A DNA stretch of 64,000 nt, taken from a virus. Lineage: Duplodnaviria > Caudoviricetes. The stretch spans positions 96,001 to 160,000 of the IMG/VR virus record IMGVR_UViG_3300048861_000178; one strand, written 5' to 3'. This document shows positions 19,389-29,222 of the stretch, piece by piece; the stretch's first letter is position 1, and every line of letters begins with the position of its first letter. The notes under the pieces were generated by a model. It saw nothing but the letters and a program-made list of their open reading frames with translations. It was not told the origin of the DNA and did no database searches. The position numbers and the translations under genes are program-made.

Positions 19389-19614
19389 AAAACATCCATG
19401 CTGCCGGGGTGAGTACCGGGACTCACCCGAAGGTATTGTGTACGTCTGCGGGTACAACACCGTGATTCAGTGCGAAGAGTGCCGCTATCGCACCAATCGC
19501 AACTTCAGCTATCTGGAAGTCCGCAAGAATCCAGAGGCCAAAGGGAACCGCCCAATGGGTGGTCGTGCAGTCCAACTGACGTTTTTCCCGAGGAAAGAAT
19601 ATGGAACCGAATAA
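19378..19614 (+). CDS. Small Cys-rich hypothetical protein
   Basis: Overlapping operonic ORF with CC/C/CxxC. Confidence 0.5.
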   Translation: MSSEKHPCCRGEYRDSPEGIVYVCGYNTVIQCEECRYRTNRNFSYLEVRKNPEAKGNRPMGGRAVQLTFFPRKEYGTE

Positions 19615-20029
19615 GGACACACCGGCTGAGCCGTTGAAAATCGTTGATTACCTCGATCTAATCCCGCGCAAACCGGACCTCAATCCGAAGGCGACCCAGC
19701 AGTTGTGTGACCAGATCCGCAACATGCTGAAGGATCACGAGTTTGTGCCGGTCATTCCGACGAACTTCAAGCGCTTCGAGGACATGATCCCGAAGGGTGG
19801 CTTTAAGATGGGTGAGCTGGCCCTGTTTGTGCCACCCATTCCGCCACATGAGCGCAAATCGAACCTCGTGTTCCACATGGTGCTCAAGCGCATGGCGGAA
19901 GATCCGAATTACAAGCCCGTCTTCCATTTTGAAAACGAATGGACGGCGTACGATCAAGAACGCTTCGAAGCAGCCTGCAAGAACATGGGGCTGGAAATTA
20001 CCAACGACAACAAGGAAACCAAGTCATGA
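19601..20029 (+). CDS. Hypothetical protein resembling a DnaB/RecA-fold N-terminal fragment
   Basis: GGFKMGEL...RKS...FHFENE resembles a degenerate Walker-A region of DnaB-like helicases. Confidence 0.45.
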   Translation: MEPNKDTPAEPLKIVDYLDLIPRKPDLNPKATQQLCDQIRNMLKDHEFVPVIPTNFKRFEDMIPKGGFKMGELALFVPPIPPHERKSNLVFHMVLKRMAEDPNYKPVFHFENEWTAYDQERFEAACKNMGLEITNDNKETKS

Positions 20030-20571
20030 GTAAGTCCAACGCCGCGCAACGCCGTCTCGCGCAAAAGAAGCTACCGCTGGTTATGCAGAAAATGCTCGCT
20101 AACGGCTACTCGGGTGCCCATCGTCCCGCAGCCGGTGAGCACGCCGACGAGTTCTACCTGAACTATCTGGAGAACCGTCGCCAGGCTGCGTTGGAACAAA
20201 AGCCGTTCCGTGACGCATTGCACGCGCTGCACGAGTCCAATCCGTTCAAGGAAGTCGCGTACGGTGCGGCGCTCTTTACCTACGTGCCCACCGAACTGTC
20301 GCTTAAGATCGGCGCGTTGTGTGCCGAGTGGAAGGTGCCGGTGCAGGAGAACTTGCAAGGCAAGAGCTGGTCATCCGTGCGCTACCCGTGGAATGACGGC
20401 AAACCCGTCAGCCAGGAGTACGTGTTGCCGTCGCCAGATCATGCGGACTTCATGAAGTTCGTCACGTACGAGCAACTGCGTGCCACGCCCGAGCAGGATC
20501 TGAACATGCGTGCCTTGCTCACCCAAATGGCCAAAGATCTGGGGATCGCCGATGAAGCTCAAAACGTTTGA
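20026..20571 (+). CDS. Hypothetical protein
   Basis: AAGGA RBS, ATGA coupling. Confidence 0.65.
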   Translation: MSKSNAAQRRLAQKKLPLVMQKMLANGYSGAHRPAAGEHADEFYLNYLENRRQAALEQKPFRDALHALHESNPFKEVAYGAALFTYVPTELSLKIGALCAEWKVPVQENLQGKSWSSVRYPWNDGKPVSQEYVLPSPDHADFMKFVTYEQLRATPEQDLNMRALLTQMAKDLGIADEAQNV

Positions 20572-20860
20572 CATTCTCATGAACGGCAAGTTAAGGCCGT
20601 TCGAAGTCGTGCTCGATAAGGGCACGAAGGTGTTGGATTTTATCGACCATACGGGCGAAAGCACCGTGCAGTTGGTGATCCTCGAACCCGAGAACATGGG
20701 CGATGAGCTCGAAACGCGTAAGCTCTGCTTCTATCAGGTCAACGATAAGGAGACGAACGTGCCGGAGCTCGCACGCTACATCGCCACCTCCAAGGGTAAG
20801 TACTGGGCACCGTTTATGCTCTTTGACGTGACGGGGTGCGTGCTCGACGAAGAAGAGTAA
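20552..20860 (+). CDS. Hypothetical protein
   Basis: Overlapping operonic ORF. Confidence 0.6.
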   Translation: MKLKTFDILMNGKLRPFEVVLDKGTKVLDFIDHTGESTVQLVILEPENMGDELETRKLCFYQVNDKETNVPELARYIATSKGKYWAPFMLFDVTGCVLDEEE

Positions 20861-20887
20861 ATAGGCTAATTAAAAGGAGTAGGACAA

Positions 20888-21430
20888 ATGGCAGAAGAAA
20901 AGGCAATCCCGGCGATCCTCTCGTTTAACGAAAAGCGCATGCGGCCGGTAGTGGCACGGGCATTGCCCATGATCGGTAAACTCTTGAACATGCAGCGCGA
21001 TATTAACTTTGTTTTGCCGCGGGTAGACAAGCCGATTGGAGACTTCTTTGTGGTGGCGTTTCCGTACGGCGGGCCGATCGGCGTCAATAGCCGAGGGGTC
21101 GTGAACGAGGAAGGCGATTTCTTCTGCCTGGTCGAGAACTCCGCCCATGCTGCTTTTGAGCGCGAAGAGCTCACGCTCGGGCAAGTGCTGCACGACGCAC
21201 TCAGCTTCGTGTGTATCGAGCACAAACTCGTCGACGGCAAGATCAGCGTGTTGTTGCGCAATCGCGCGACGGAACTGATGGCACGTGCGTACTTTGTGGG
21301 CAGCACCACGTTTGACATGGCGGTAACCGTGACGCAGGCGCTCATGTGCATGAATGCACCGTCGCCGCGAGAAGCAGCGGCCCTCGCGTCCTCGGAACTG
21401 CAACGCATCATGAGCAAGAAGGAGGCGTAA
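20888..21430 (+). CDS. Hypothetical protein
   Basis: AGGA RBS. Confidence 0.65.
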   Translation: MAEEKAIPAILSFNEKRMRPVVARALPMIGKLLNMQRDINFVLPRVDKPIGDFFVVAFPYGGPIGVNSRGVVNEEGDFFCLVENSAHAAFEREELTLGQVLHDALSFVCIEHKLVDGKISVLLRNRATELMARAYFVGSTTFDMAVTVTQALMCMNAPSPREAAALASSELQRIMSKKEA

Positions 21431-21681
21431 TGCCGCGGCTTGCCCATACCGTTGAAAAGGTCCGTCTGAATCTGGACATGCATCCGGAAGTGAAAGCCGA
21501 GATTCAGGCCTTACAGGAGCGACTTAACGCAGACAGCATGGGGGAAGTCATCCGGCGCTGCGTGAAAGCCGTCACTGCTATCCTGAAGGAAACCGACGAG
21601 GGCAATCGCGTCATGCTCCATCTTCAGGACGGCAGTCCTCCCCAGCAAATGTTGCTCTTTCCACCAAGGAGGGAAAAGTAA
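21430..21681 (+). CDS. Ribbon-helix-helix (CopG-like) DNA-binding protein
   Basis: KVRLNLDM beta ribbon, helix, then S-MGEVIRR helix; GGAGG RBS. Confidence 0.65.
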   Translation: MPRLAHTVEKVRLNLDMHPEVKAEIQALQERLNADSMGEVIRRCVKAVTAILKETDEGNRVMLHLQDGSPPQQMLLFPPRREK

Positions 21682-22112
21682 TGAGTAGGCGAAGTGAAAT
21701 CCGCAGACGTCGTCAAGTCATGCGGGGCATTGGCGACAGACGACTGACCTATCGGCAGCAGATGGACTTGATTGCCATGCGCACGGTGAAACGGATCATC
21801 ACCACCGTGGGTTGGGACCACGTGAAATTCATGCAAGACACGTCGTTCTCCCTGGAAGCCGCCATCACGCCAGAACGAGAAGCCATCGTCGAGCAAATTT
21901 TGCTGGAGGAGGGGTATCTTAAGACACGCACTGGAGAGTTCGTCCACAAGAAGATGCGGCTGAACGACTTCGCCTCAATAGGCACGATAAGTATTGTGCC
22001 TACCGTTATCAGCGAACCTGATCGGATGCCAGGGGCTTTTGACTGGCCGGAAATCACTCCGGAAGAAATCAAAGCCGTCAAAGAACGGCTCGCAGCGCCA
22101 CACGGGATTTGA
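21681..22112 (+). CDS. Hypothetical protein
   Basis: TAATG coupling. Confidence 0.6.
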   Translation: MSRRSEIRRRRQVMRGIGDRRLTYRQQMDLIAMRTVKRIITTVGWDHVKFMQDTSFSLEAAITPEREAIVEQILLEEGYLKTRTGEFVHKKMRLNDFASIGTISIVPTVISEPDRMPGAFDWPEITPEEIKAVKERLAAPHGI

Positions 22113-22319
22113 GCGGTATTAGTGCTAGTCACCTGAGTGCTGGGCGCGGCACTCACGGGGAGTGGTCCATCGTGCCGGTTTACAGGTTTGGCCGGATTAT
22201 CAAGTCGATGGTAAAAGGCCCGTTGGTAGGGGTGAGCGGCGTGGAAACCTCTCTGCCTGAATCCAACCCCCAGCACTCAGGTGATTGGTGAACCATATGC
22301 GCATAGTCGGGGATTCACA

Positions 22320-22649
22320 ATGTCTGATTTAGTTCGGAGTTCAGTAAGGGAGACAATCGAACTGCTCTATGGCCTGATTGCCAATCCCGAATCGATCGAT
22401 AAGTTTGCTGCTTTCTTTAGCAAAATCAACGAGCGTCCGTTCGTGATGTCGGTGTCAGAGGGCAGGTACAACAATAAAGAACTCGGAACTGTGGTGACCA
22501 TTACGGTCCACGACAGCAAAGGCACGTTTGAATTGCTGCAGGGTTTCTTACCCTTAGCAGAAGAGATGTTTGAAAGAACAGGTAAGCGCTACTTCACTGA
22601 CTTCTTTGAGCCCGAGTTTGGCTCGATTCTGTTGGTCGAGAGCGAATAG
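22320..22649 (+). CDS. Hypothetical protein
   Basis: ORF with plausible RBS. Confidence 0.5.
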   Translation: MSDLVRSSVRETIELLYGLIANPESIDKFAAFFSKINERPFVMSVSEGRYNNKELGTVVTITVHDSKGTFELLQGFLPLAEEMFERTGKRYFTDFFEPEFGSILLVESE

Positions 22650-22684
22650 GCATAATAACTAGATTTACACTACAGGTCGATAAC

Positions 22685-23563
22685 ATGACTACCATCCTCT
22701 ACCACGACGGCCGACTCTTTGCGGACTCGACTATCTACAAAGGTAGTGATCGCATCAACAGTCTGGAAAAGATCGTGTTGCTTAACCCGCCGTTTAAAAT
22801 CCTCTCGGACCGGCCGGAGTTCGAGTTCGATGACATCGTCTATGGCTACTCGGGCACGGGCAGCCAGGATGCGATGCAAGCCTTTGCTGAGCACTTGGAG
22901 GGCAATGTCAAGGAGCGCGAGGATAGCAAGCTCACGCTCGCTTTCTACGACATGGTCTCGACTGCCAACATGATCGTGCCCGGTAACACGTTCGAAATCT
23001 TCTTCATCGGCGAGAAAGCCAACCACAGCTTTCGGCTGGACCACCAGGGTTTTGTCTACACACGCTACGAGCTGGATCAGACGGTGGCGCTCGGTAGTGG
23101 CTCGCAAGACGTCATTCGCAATATCACGCACCATCGTGATCCCATTCGCGCGATGATGGAAACCTTCATCACCGATACAACATCGGGCGGCTGGATCGAC
23201 TGTTGGGCGCTGCGAGAAGATGATGGGCTGAAGCGCTTTCGACGTGTGGGGTTGTGTGAGCCGATTCCGACTGATCTGATCCGTCCCGTCATGGAGAAGT
23301 TCCATGCTGACATGGACGAGATCCCGCTGCAATTCGTACGCAATGCGAAGAACACGCAAGACATCATCAACATTGCCAATATGAATCAGAAGCTTTTCGA
23401 TCAGAATAAGCGGCTGAAAAAGCAGCTTGACATCTTGCGCAAGCAGGGTGTGCCCATTCCGGTCGTGCCGTCTAAAGTCGCCAAGGCAAAACCGAAAACC
23501 CAGAAGCTCCCTTACACGAAGCTCTCGGGTGAAAAAGCAGTCACTGAAGTGAAGAAGAAGTAA
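22685..23563 (+). CDS. Ntn-hydrolase, proteasome beta / HslV-like Thr protease with coiled-coil and basic tail
   Basis: N-terminal MTT (Thr1 nucleophile), LFADS, GYSG, ALGSGS, DTTSGG. Confidence 0.65.
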   Translation: MTTILYHDGRLFADSTIYKGSDRINSLEKIVLLNPPFKILSDRPEFEFDDIVYGYSGTGSQDAMQAFAEHLEGNVKEREDSKLTLAFYDMVSTANMIVPGNTFEIFFIGEKANHSFRLDHQGFVYTRYELDQTVALGSGSQDVIRNITHHRDPIRAMMETFITDTTSGGWIDCWALREDDGLKRFRRVGLCEPIPTDLIRPVMEKFHADMDEIPLQFVRNAKNTQDIINIANMNQKLFDQNKRLKKQLDILRKQGVPIPVVPSKVAKAKPKTQKLPYTKLSGEKAVTEVKKK

Positions 23564-23628
23564 AGATTTTTTGCTGGGCCCACAACTAAAGGTAGTATCC
23601 GTTAAACAAACGAGAAAGGAACAGTGTC

Positions 23629-23991
23629 ATGAAAGCAATCGTCAAACTCCTCGCCGCTGGCCTCAAACACAACTCCAACAAGGAACAAATCGCCAGCGAC
23701 ATCGGCCTGTCGGTCGACGACTTCAATCTGGTGCTCGACGGCACGATGGAAATCAGCCCGGCCCTCGCCCTGAAGCTCGAACAGACCATGGGCGTTGACG
23801 CCCACGACATCCTGAACGCGCAGTCGGCGGATCAGCTCGCCCAGCTCGGTAAAGCCCGCACCAGGAAGGTCGACGTGCCGAAGGAAACCAAAACCGCGAA
23901 GGCTGCCAAGCCCGCCACGGACGGTCAGCCGAAGCAGTCGCCGATGCATCGTGGTCCGCGGCTGACCGGCGCAATCGCAGTCAAGCTGTGA
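23629..23991 (+). CDS. HigA-like XRE helix-turn-helix protein (orphan antitoxin-like)
   Basis: EQIASDIGLS...ISPALALKLEQTMGVDA..ILNAQ, the HigA/VapI signature; no HigB adjacent. Confidence 0.7.
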   Translation: MKAIVKLLAAGLKHNSNKEQIASDIGLSVDDFNLVLDGTMEISPALALKLEQTMGVDAHDILNAQSADQLAQLGKARTRKVDVPKETKTAKAAKPATDGQPKQSPMHRGPRLTGAIAVKL

Positions 23992-24284
23992 ACGGGCCCG
24001 AGATTCTCTGCGAGATCAGTCGCGTACTTACTTCCGAAGCTTACGCTGTCGGGATGGAACCGACACGCCACCCTGGGGTAAATTTGTGCCAGGGTTCGCT
24101 CGACGTGGGTTATGAAGCTCTCTCGCGGGTCGAATGTGCGCAGTACGCAACTAGCTTGAAGGCGCAGATGGTTTTGCATGCCATCCTGCTGCAACACGGG
24201 ATTGACAACGTGGAGCATCTGAAACTCGTCTGCTTCAAGCCCGAAGGTGCGTACTTCACCTTCAGCAGTTACGTCGGCGACTAA
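23988..24284 (+). CDS. Hypothetical protein
   Basis: GTGA overlap; hairpin terminator follows. Confidence 0.5.
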   Translation: MNGPEILCEISRVLTSEAYAVGMEPTRHPGVNLCQGSLDVGYEALSRVECAQYATSLKAQMVLHAILLQHGIDNVEHLKLVCFKPEGAYFTFSSYVGD

Positions 24285-24403
24285 TGCACAGCGGAGCCTT
24301 CGGGCTCCGCTTTGTGACTGCCTTTCTTTTTTGGCATTCATTTCGATTTCAACGACATATTACTCCCTAGTGCTGTAACCGAAACTTCTTTAAGGAGCTG
24401 TAC

Positions 24404-24934
24404 TTGGCTAAGAGTTTGCTGTATTTCACCTGCCCTGAGCCCAAGTGTGGGAATTCGGGTTATGTGGAACTGGAAAACGATGATGGTAAGGTCGTCAGTC
24501 ACTGCACCACGCACAATGCCCCCAAGGCGATGTTCGAGAAAGCACTCGCACCGGGCTTGGAGGTCGTTTGTCATCGTTGCAAGACCAAGATCGAGTTCGA
24601 AACCGAGACGATCACGGTATTGAAAGCGGTGAAGTACAACCCTTACACCAAACTTAATCGCTCCACCGAGTGGCTGGTGTGTGGGGCTGATCTCGCCGGG
24701 GGCAAAGTCCACATGGACGTGATTGTCACCCAGCCCGATTACGTTCGCATTATGGATCGAGAGCTGGGCAGGCTCGACTCCACGCATTATGCCCGTGAAC
24801 ACAAACTGAAGATCGCAGGCAAATGGCTGCGCTCGTTCATTACGGCTTGGGCGAAGAGCACTCGCACAGGCAAACCCGATCATGCCGCCTTGGAAGCTGA
24901 GTACGCTAACCTGATGGCTTCGTATATTCGTTAA
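24404..24934 (+). CDS. Zn-ribbon protein
   Basis: CPEPKC and CHRC; AAGGAG RBS; CATATTAC promoter at 24356. Confidence 0.6.
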   Translation: MAKSLLYFTCPEPKCGNSGYVELENDDGKVVSHCTTHNAPKAMFEKALAPGLEVVCHRCKTKIEFETETITVLKAVKYNPYTKLNRSTEWLVCGADLAGGKVHMDVIVTQPDYVRIMDRELGRLDSTHYAREHKLKIAGKWLRSFITAWAKSTRTGKPDHAALEAEYANLMASYIR

Positions 24935-24945
24935 GGAGTGTAAAG

Positions 24946-25194
24946 ATGTCGACTGTTGGAATGGTTCGTGGTAAGACCGCGCACAAGCGCACGGAACAAA
25001 GCAACAACGGTGGCGTGGCGAATGTGTTCACGCCCGAGCAGATTCGGGAGTGGGAGATGTCCACCCCCAATCACGCTGGGCAGTGGGTCTGTGCACGACC
25101 GGTCGGCTGGCAGGGTCTGTGTCTGCTCAAGCGTCTGAAGCTCGCCTGGGGTGTGTTCACGGGTCGCTACGATGTGCTCAAGTGGCCGCTCTAA
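24946..25194 (+). CDS. Hypothetical protein
   Basis: AAGGAG RBS. Confidence 0.6.
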   Translation: MSTVGMVRGKTAHKRTEQSNNGGVANVFTPEQIREWEMSTPNHAGQWVCARPVGWQGLCLLKRLKLAWGVFTGRYDVLKWPL

Positions 25195-25203
25195 GGAGGT
25201 GTG

Positions 25204-25554
25204 ATGCAGACAGACCACTTGCAGCGCATCGCCATGAACGCAATGGCCCATGTGTACGTGGAGAATAACGTCGAAGAAGCGGCGCTGCTGTGGCAGTTCC
25301 ATGCATGGTGTCGTAAACAGTTCGCCGTCTTCGATGCCTGCGACCTCGCGGAAGCGGTGACAGTCTCACTCACGGAACGGGCCTGGCTGCAAGTGCCGGG
25401 CTACACCAACAAACAGTACGGGCATGTGTTTTTGATGATCTTCGAAGACCCGCTTCTGAAGCCCGAGCAGTACAAGAAGGCCGAACTCTTTATGCGGGTG
25501 TCCGAGTGCGGAAAGATTGTTGAGTTGTTGCAGTTCCAACCGACTATGCATTAG
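25204..25554 (+). CDS. Hypothetical protein
   Basis: AAGGAGG RBS. Confidence 0.6.
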   Translation: MQTDHLQRIAMNAMAHVYVENNVEEAALLWQFHAWCRKQFAVFDACDLAEAVTVSLTERAWLQVPGYTNKQYGHVFLMIFEDPLLKPEQYKKAELFMRVSECGKIVELLQFQPTMH

Positions 25555-25563
25555 GAGAAGGAC

Positions 25564-25761
25564 ATGAATCAGCGCAAACCCATGAGAGAACACATCGACG
25601 ACAAGGTGATGGAGCTCGTCGACGTATTCGCAGCGTTTCCTGCTGAAACCAAATCAGTCGACTCTCGTGCCTGGCAGCAATTGCTGGTGTACGTGCCCAA
25701 AGAAGAACTCGAGGCGCGACTGAAGAAGATTAACGAAAGGAAAAAAGAAGATGGCAACTAA
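25564..25761 (+). CDS. Small hypothetical protein
   Basis: AGGAG RBS. Confidence 0.55.
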   Translation: MNQRKPMREHIDDKVMELVDVFAAFPAETKSVDSRAWQQLLVYVPKEELEARLKKINERKKEDGN

Positions 25762-26311
25762 AGCAGGCCGCGCCGAAGTCAGTGATGTCCGGGCGGGGAA
25801 GACGCTGTGGTATGCAGCAATCGATCATGCTACGGGTAAGCGTTATCCGCTACCGACGCTGGTAGGGACATGGGCCAGAAAGCTTATCAGTCAGCGTGAG
25901 TTGCCAGCTGGTAGCGACGCGCCCGAAGCCTTCTGGGTTTTCTACGAGTATCGCCGCGGCAAACTCAGCGGCCGCTTGATTTACATCAAGAACTTCCCCC
26001 TGAATCACAAGGAGGAACCGTCCTTCGACAAGTGCTTTGTCAGTCGCTCGGCTGTGCTGCGCTGGATCAAGCGCTACGAAAGCAATCGGGTCGAGACGCT
26101 CTGCGAAGATCGGCGTGTCTTCAAGTACGGTTCGCACTTTATGCGTCGTTCCGGCATTGACGTGATCAATCTGGCCGATAACCAGTTTGTCATGACGGAA
26201 CAATGGTTGGTGAACGAAGCCAAGTACGAGCGGCATCCGAAACAACCCTTCAATCTGTTCGAGGCGGCGCAGGCAGCCCAGGAAGCGCTGGCGGAAGCGC
26301 TGCCCTCTTAA
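25751..26311 (+). CDS. Paralog family member (MATKAGR N-terminus)
   Basis: N-terminus shared with 26338 and 18578. Confidence 0.7.
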   Translation: MATKAGRAEVSDVRAGKTLWYAAIDHATGKRYPLPTLVGTWARKLISQRELPAGSDAPEAFWVFYEYRRGKLSGRLIYIKNFPLNHKEEPSFDKCFVSRSAVLRWIKRYESNRVETLCEDRRVFKYGSHFMRRSGIDVINLADNQFVMTEQWLVNEAKYERHPKQPFNLFEAAQAAQEALAEALPS

Positions 26312-26337
26312 CGGAATAGTGAAACAAGGAGAGCAAC

Positions 26338-27531
26338 ATGGCAACGAAAGCAGGTCGTGCAACACTGAAGGATCTCAAAGCAGGGAAGACGTTCTGGCTT
26401 GTGCGGGCAGGCTGGGGTAAAGCGATGGTAGATGATGGCAAGGGTGGCAATCGCCTGAGTCTGACCTGGTGTCATCAGCCTGAACGCATGGAAATCCTCG
26501 AGCGTCCCTGGCGTTCGATGACGGACTACAGTCCGAGCGCGGTGTCGAATCCAACTCCTGACTGGTCGTTCAGGGCGCGCGTGTATTTCGAGCACGAGCA
26601 CGTCGAAGAGCTCGTCTACGATTGCAGCAGCTACGGCATTCCGACGCCGGAACATCCGCAAGTGCAGGCGACGTTCATCTTCGTCACCCGGAAGGCTGCC
26701 CAGCGTTACTTCGAGCACGTCAAGTCGGCGAACTACCAGACGCTCTTCGAGCATCCGGCACAGTGGAAGCCTACAGGCCTGCGTAAGCGCGTCAGCACGC
26801 TCTACAACGGCCGTCGAGCGGTCTACGGTGACATCCCTACCCGGACCAACAGCCATCGTCCCTGGCTGCATCTACGCCCCACTGAGTTTCTCATGGGCGG
26901 CATGGTGATGGATCAGCATACGCCACAGAGCACGCGCGAGCATTTCCAGCGTGAAAGTGCTCGGGAGCTCGCAATGATGTATCCGCACACGATCGACACA
27001 CTCATCGATCCGAGTCTAGGGGTGGTCAAGCACTTCAGCGACGTGCATCTGGGTGTGACGCCGAAAGAGCAGTTCAAGGACATCGACAAGTTCTTCAAGG
27101 ATTTCTGGGAACAGTTCCCCACACCGGAAGCACAGAAAGCCCACATCCGTGACGACGGCGCGCGTAAGCTCTATCCGGGGCAAGTGATCATTCCGGGCGA
27201 CCTAATGCCGGAGCAACGTGCCCAGATCGAGAAGGACTTCGTGATTCTGGACGAAGCGCACATCATCGATCCGCCGGGCAAACGTTTTGTTGGGATTGAT
27301 CCGGCAGGTCCGACTGTCGTCTCGGTCAAGATCGGTAACGGCGACAGAATCCATCACGAATGGCACGTTGATCCGGCGAAAGATGTGCCGCTGGAAGAAC
27401 CATCGCCTGGGGTGCTGAAGTTCGCTGACGAGATTCTGAACGGTACGAAGATCACAGCGCAAGGTAGCTTCGAGAAGTTGGAGTTTAATGATCCTGAAGT
27501 CAGGAAGGGGAGCGACGATGACGGCATTTGA
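26338..27531 (+). CDS. Paralog family member (MATKAGR N-terminus) with long C-terminal extension
   Basis: AAGGAG RBS; shared N-terminus. Confidence 0.7.
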   Translation: MATKAGRATLKDLKAGKTFWLVRAGWGKAMVDDGKGGNRLSLTWCHQPERMEILERPWRSMTDYSPSAVSNPTPDWSFRARVYFEHEHVEELVYDCSSYGIPTPEHPQVQATFIFVTRKAAQRYFEHVKSANYQTLFEHPAQWKPTGLRKRVSTLYNGRRAVYGDIPTRTNSHRPWLHLRPTEFLMGGMVMDQHTPQSTREHFQRESARELAMMYPHTIDTLIDPSLGVVKHFSDVHLGVTPKEQFKDIDKFFKDFWEQFPTPEAQKAHIRDDGARKLYPGQVIIPGDLMPEQRAQIEKDFVILDEAHIIDPPGKRFVGIDPAGPTVVSVKIGNGDRIHHEWHVDPAKDVPLEEPSPGVLKFADEILNGTKITAQGSFEKLEFNDPEVRKGSDDDGI

Positions 27532-27904
27532 CATCAACAATCTCCGGCAGTTCTACGACGACGTGCAGCATAAACTGCCGTTGGAGTTTCCGCAGGAGAT
27601 CTGGGCGGGTACCATTTCACCGAAAGCCGCCACGATGACTGCTGCTATCGTTGTCGAATCCGATCGCAAGCAGAAGATCGCCCGGATGCTGGACCTGTCG
27701 CGCTGGCTGCACGGCGAGATCGGGCCCGCGATGGACAAGTATCGCACTTACCTCAGCACGCTGGCCCCGGAGAAGATGACGCCGGAAGCCAAGAGCGCCT
27801 ACGAGGATGCGCGGATGCATCTGAACCTGTCGGGGACGTTGCTCGTGTCGTACTCAACGTTCCTGCATCAGGTGGCCAGCATCTTCAAAGCGGAGGGGGA
27901 ATAA
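27518..27904 (+). CDS. Hypothetical protein
   Basis: GGAG RBS, overlap with the upstream gene. Confidence 0.6.
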   Translation: MTAFDINNLRQFYDDVQHKLPLEFPQEIWAGTISPKAATMTAAIVVESDRKQKIARMLDLSRWLHGEIGPAMDKYRTYLSTLAPEKMTPEAKSAYEDARMHLNLSGTLLVSYSTFLHQVASIFKAEGE

Positions 27905-28278
27905 TGGGCGCTAGTGTTTCGGTGGATCTTCCTGGGCTCGTCTACGGAACGATGGAGACATCCGGCAATTCAGTTGCTTGGTGCGTCATCGAGATGTGCA
28001 GCCCGTGGATGGATGGTTCGGTCAACGCGAAAGAGTTTCGGACCATTCCGAGCGCGGCCATGCGCGCAGCGGACAAAGAGGTTCCGCAAACGCTGGAAGC
28101 TTACAACCACTGGCGTCGTTTGCGTCATGCAGAGGCACTGCCGAATCAACCGGGTTCGGGCAAGCTCTGGTTGATCGAGATGAATGACTGGAATTCCTAT
28201 CCGTTCGAAGAAGCGCGAGAGTTCCTGCGCAACTACGGTAAATCTTCGTCGACCGATGATGCACACGTGATGCTCTAG
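27904..28278 (+). CDS. Hypothetical protein
   Basis: TAATG coupling. Confidence 0.6.
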   Translation: MGASVSVDLPGLVYGTMETSGNSVAWCVIEMCSPWMDGSVNAKEFRTIPSAAMRAADKEVPQTLEAYNHWRRLRHAEALPNQPGSGKLWLIEMNDWNSYPFEEAREFLRNYGKSSSTDDAHVML

Positions 28279-28333
28279 CTTTAAATTACACCCACGACCC
28301 ATCAAGTGGGTATAGAAAACAAGGAAGATTGAA

Positions 28334-29206
28334 ATGAGTATTCTGAATGACCGCGCGATTAGAAGGCTCTCGCTGATGCCCACGCACCAGCGTGTTGATA
28401 ACAACCTGCGGCGCACGCTGTATTCGCTCGTCGGGGACGAGCTGTATTGTGTCGACGACGGTTATCGGGACGACACGCGCTGGAAGGGCGGCATGGAAGA
28501 CGCCATGCGGCACCTGAAGGAGCTCACACCCGAACAGTCGGTGGGTTTCGCACCCGGTACGTGCTTTGTACCCGATCCGGATCAGGGCTTGGTGGTCGGC
28601 CAGCCCGACGGCCAGTGGGGACGCATGATCACACCCTTCGTGCCGGGTCAGGTTCGTACTGCCGACAAATACTGGGATGATGACAAGCAAATCTGGCGCT
28701 TCGGTACTAAGGACGGCGCCATTGCAACGAATCCCGGCCAGAAGATCATCTCCTACGGCACATCGAGCATGGGCTACGATGTTCGGCTCGGCCGCAAGTT
28801 CAAGATCTTCACCAACGTGTTCTCGGAAGTCATCGATCCGCTGAATATGCCAGAGAAAGCTTATGTCGATCACGAAGGCGACTACGTGGTGATCCCGCCC
28901 AACAGCTACGTGCTGGGCCACACGATCGAGTACTTCAACATGCCGACCAATGTGGTGGCGATCTGCGTCGGCAAGTCGACGTACGCACGCGCAGGTTGTG
29001 CGATTAACGTGACGCCGATCGAACCCGGCTTCAAGGGTCAGGTGGTCATCGAGATCGCCAATCAAACGCCGCTACCCATGAAAGTCTACGCGGACATGGG
29101 CATCGCGCAGTTCATGTTCTTGCAGGGCGACCACTGCGAGATTGACTACGCGAAACGCGCAGGCAAGTATCAGGGCCAGATGGGCATCACAACAGCCAAA
29201 GTGTAA
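28334..29206 (+). CDS. dcd: dCTP deaminase with N-terminal insertion
   Basis: ISYGTSSMGYDVR, GKSTYAR, VTPIEPGFKG, GKYQGQ motifs. Confidence 0.92.
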   Translation: MSILNDRAIRRLSLMPTHQRVDNNLRRTLYSLVGDELYCVDDGYRDDTRWKGGMEDAMRHLKELTPEQSVGFAPGTCFVPDPDQGLVVGQPDGQWGRMITPFVPGQVRTADKYWDDDKQIWRFGTKDGAIATNPGQKIISYGTSSMGYDVRLGRKFKIFTNVFSEVIDPLNMPEKAYVDHEGDYVVIPPNSYVLGHTIEYFNMPTNVVAICVGKSTYARAGCAINVTPIEPGFKGQVVIEIANQTPLPMKVYADMGIAQFMFLQGDHCEIDYAKRAGKYQGQMGITTAKV

Positions 29207-29222
29207 TAATAAGGAGAACAAG

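Noticed and set aside
27240-27310. ILDEAH and FVGIDPAG motifs suggesting helicase or RuvC activity in ORF 26338-27531
   Set aside because: Isolated motifs with no surrounding domain (no Walker A, no further catalytic residues)
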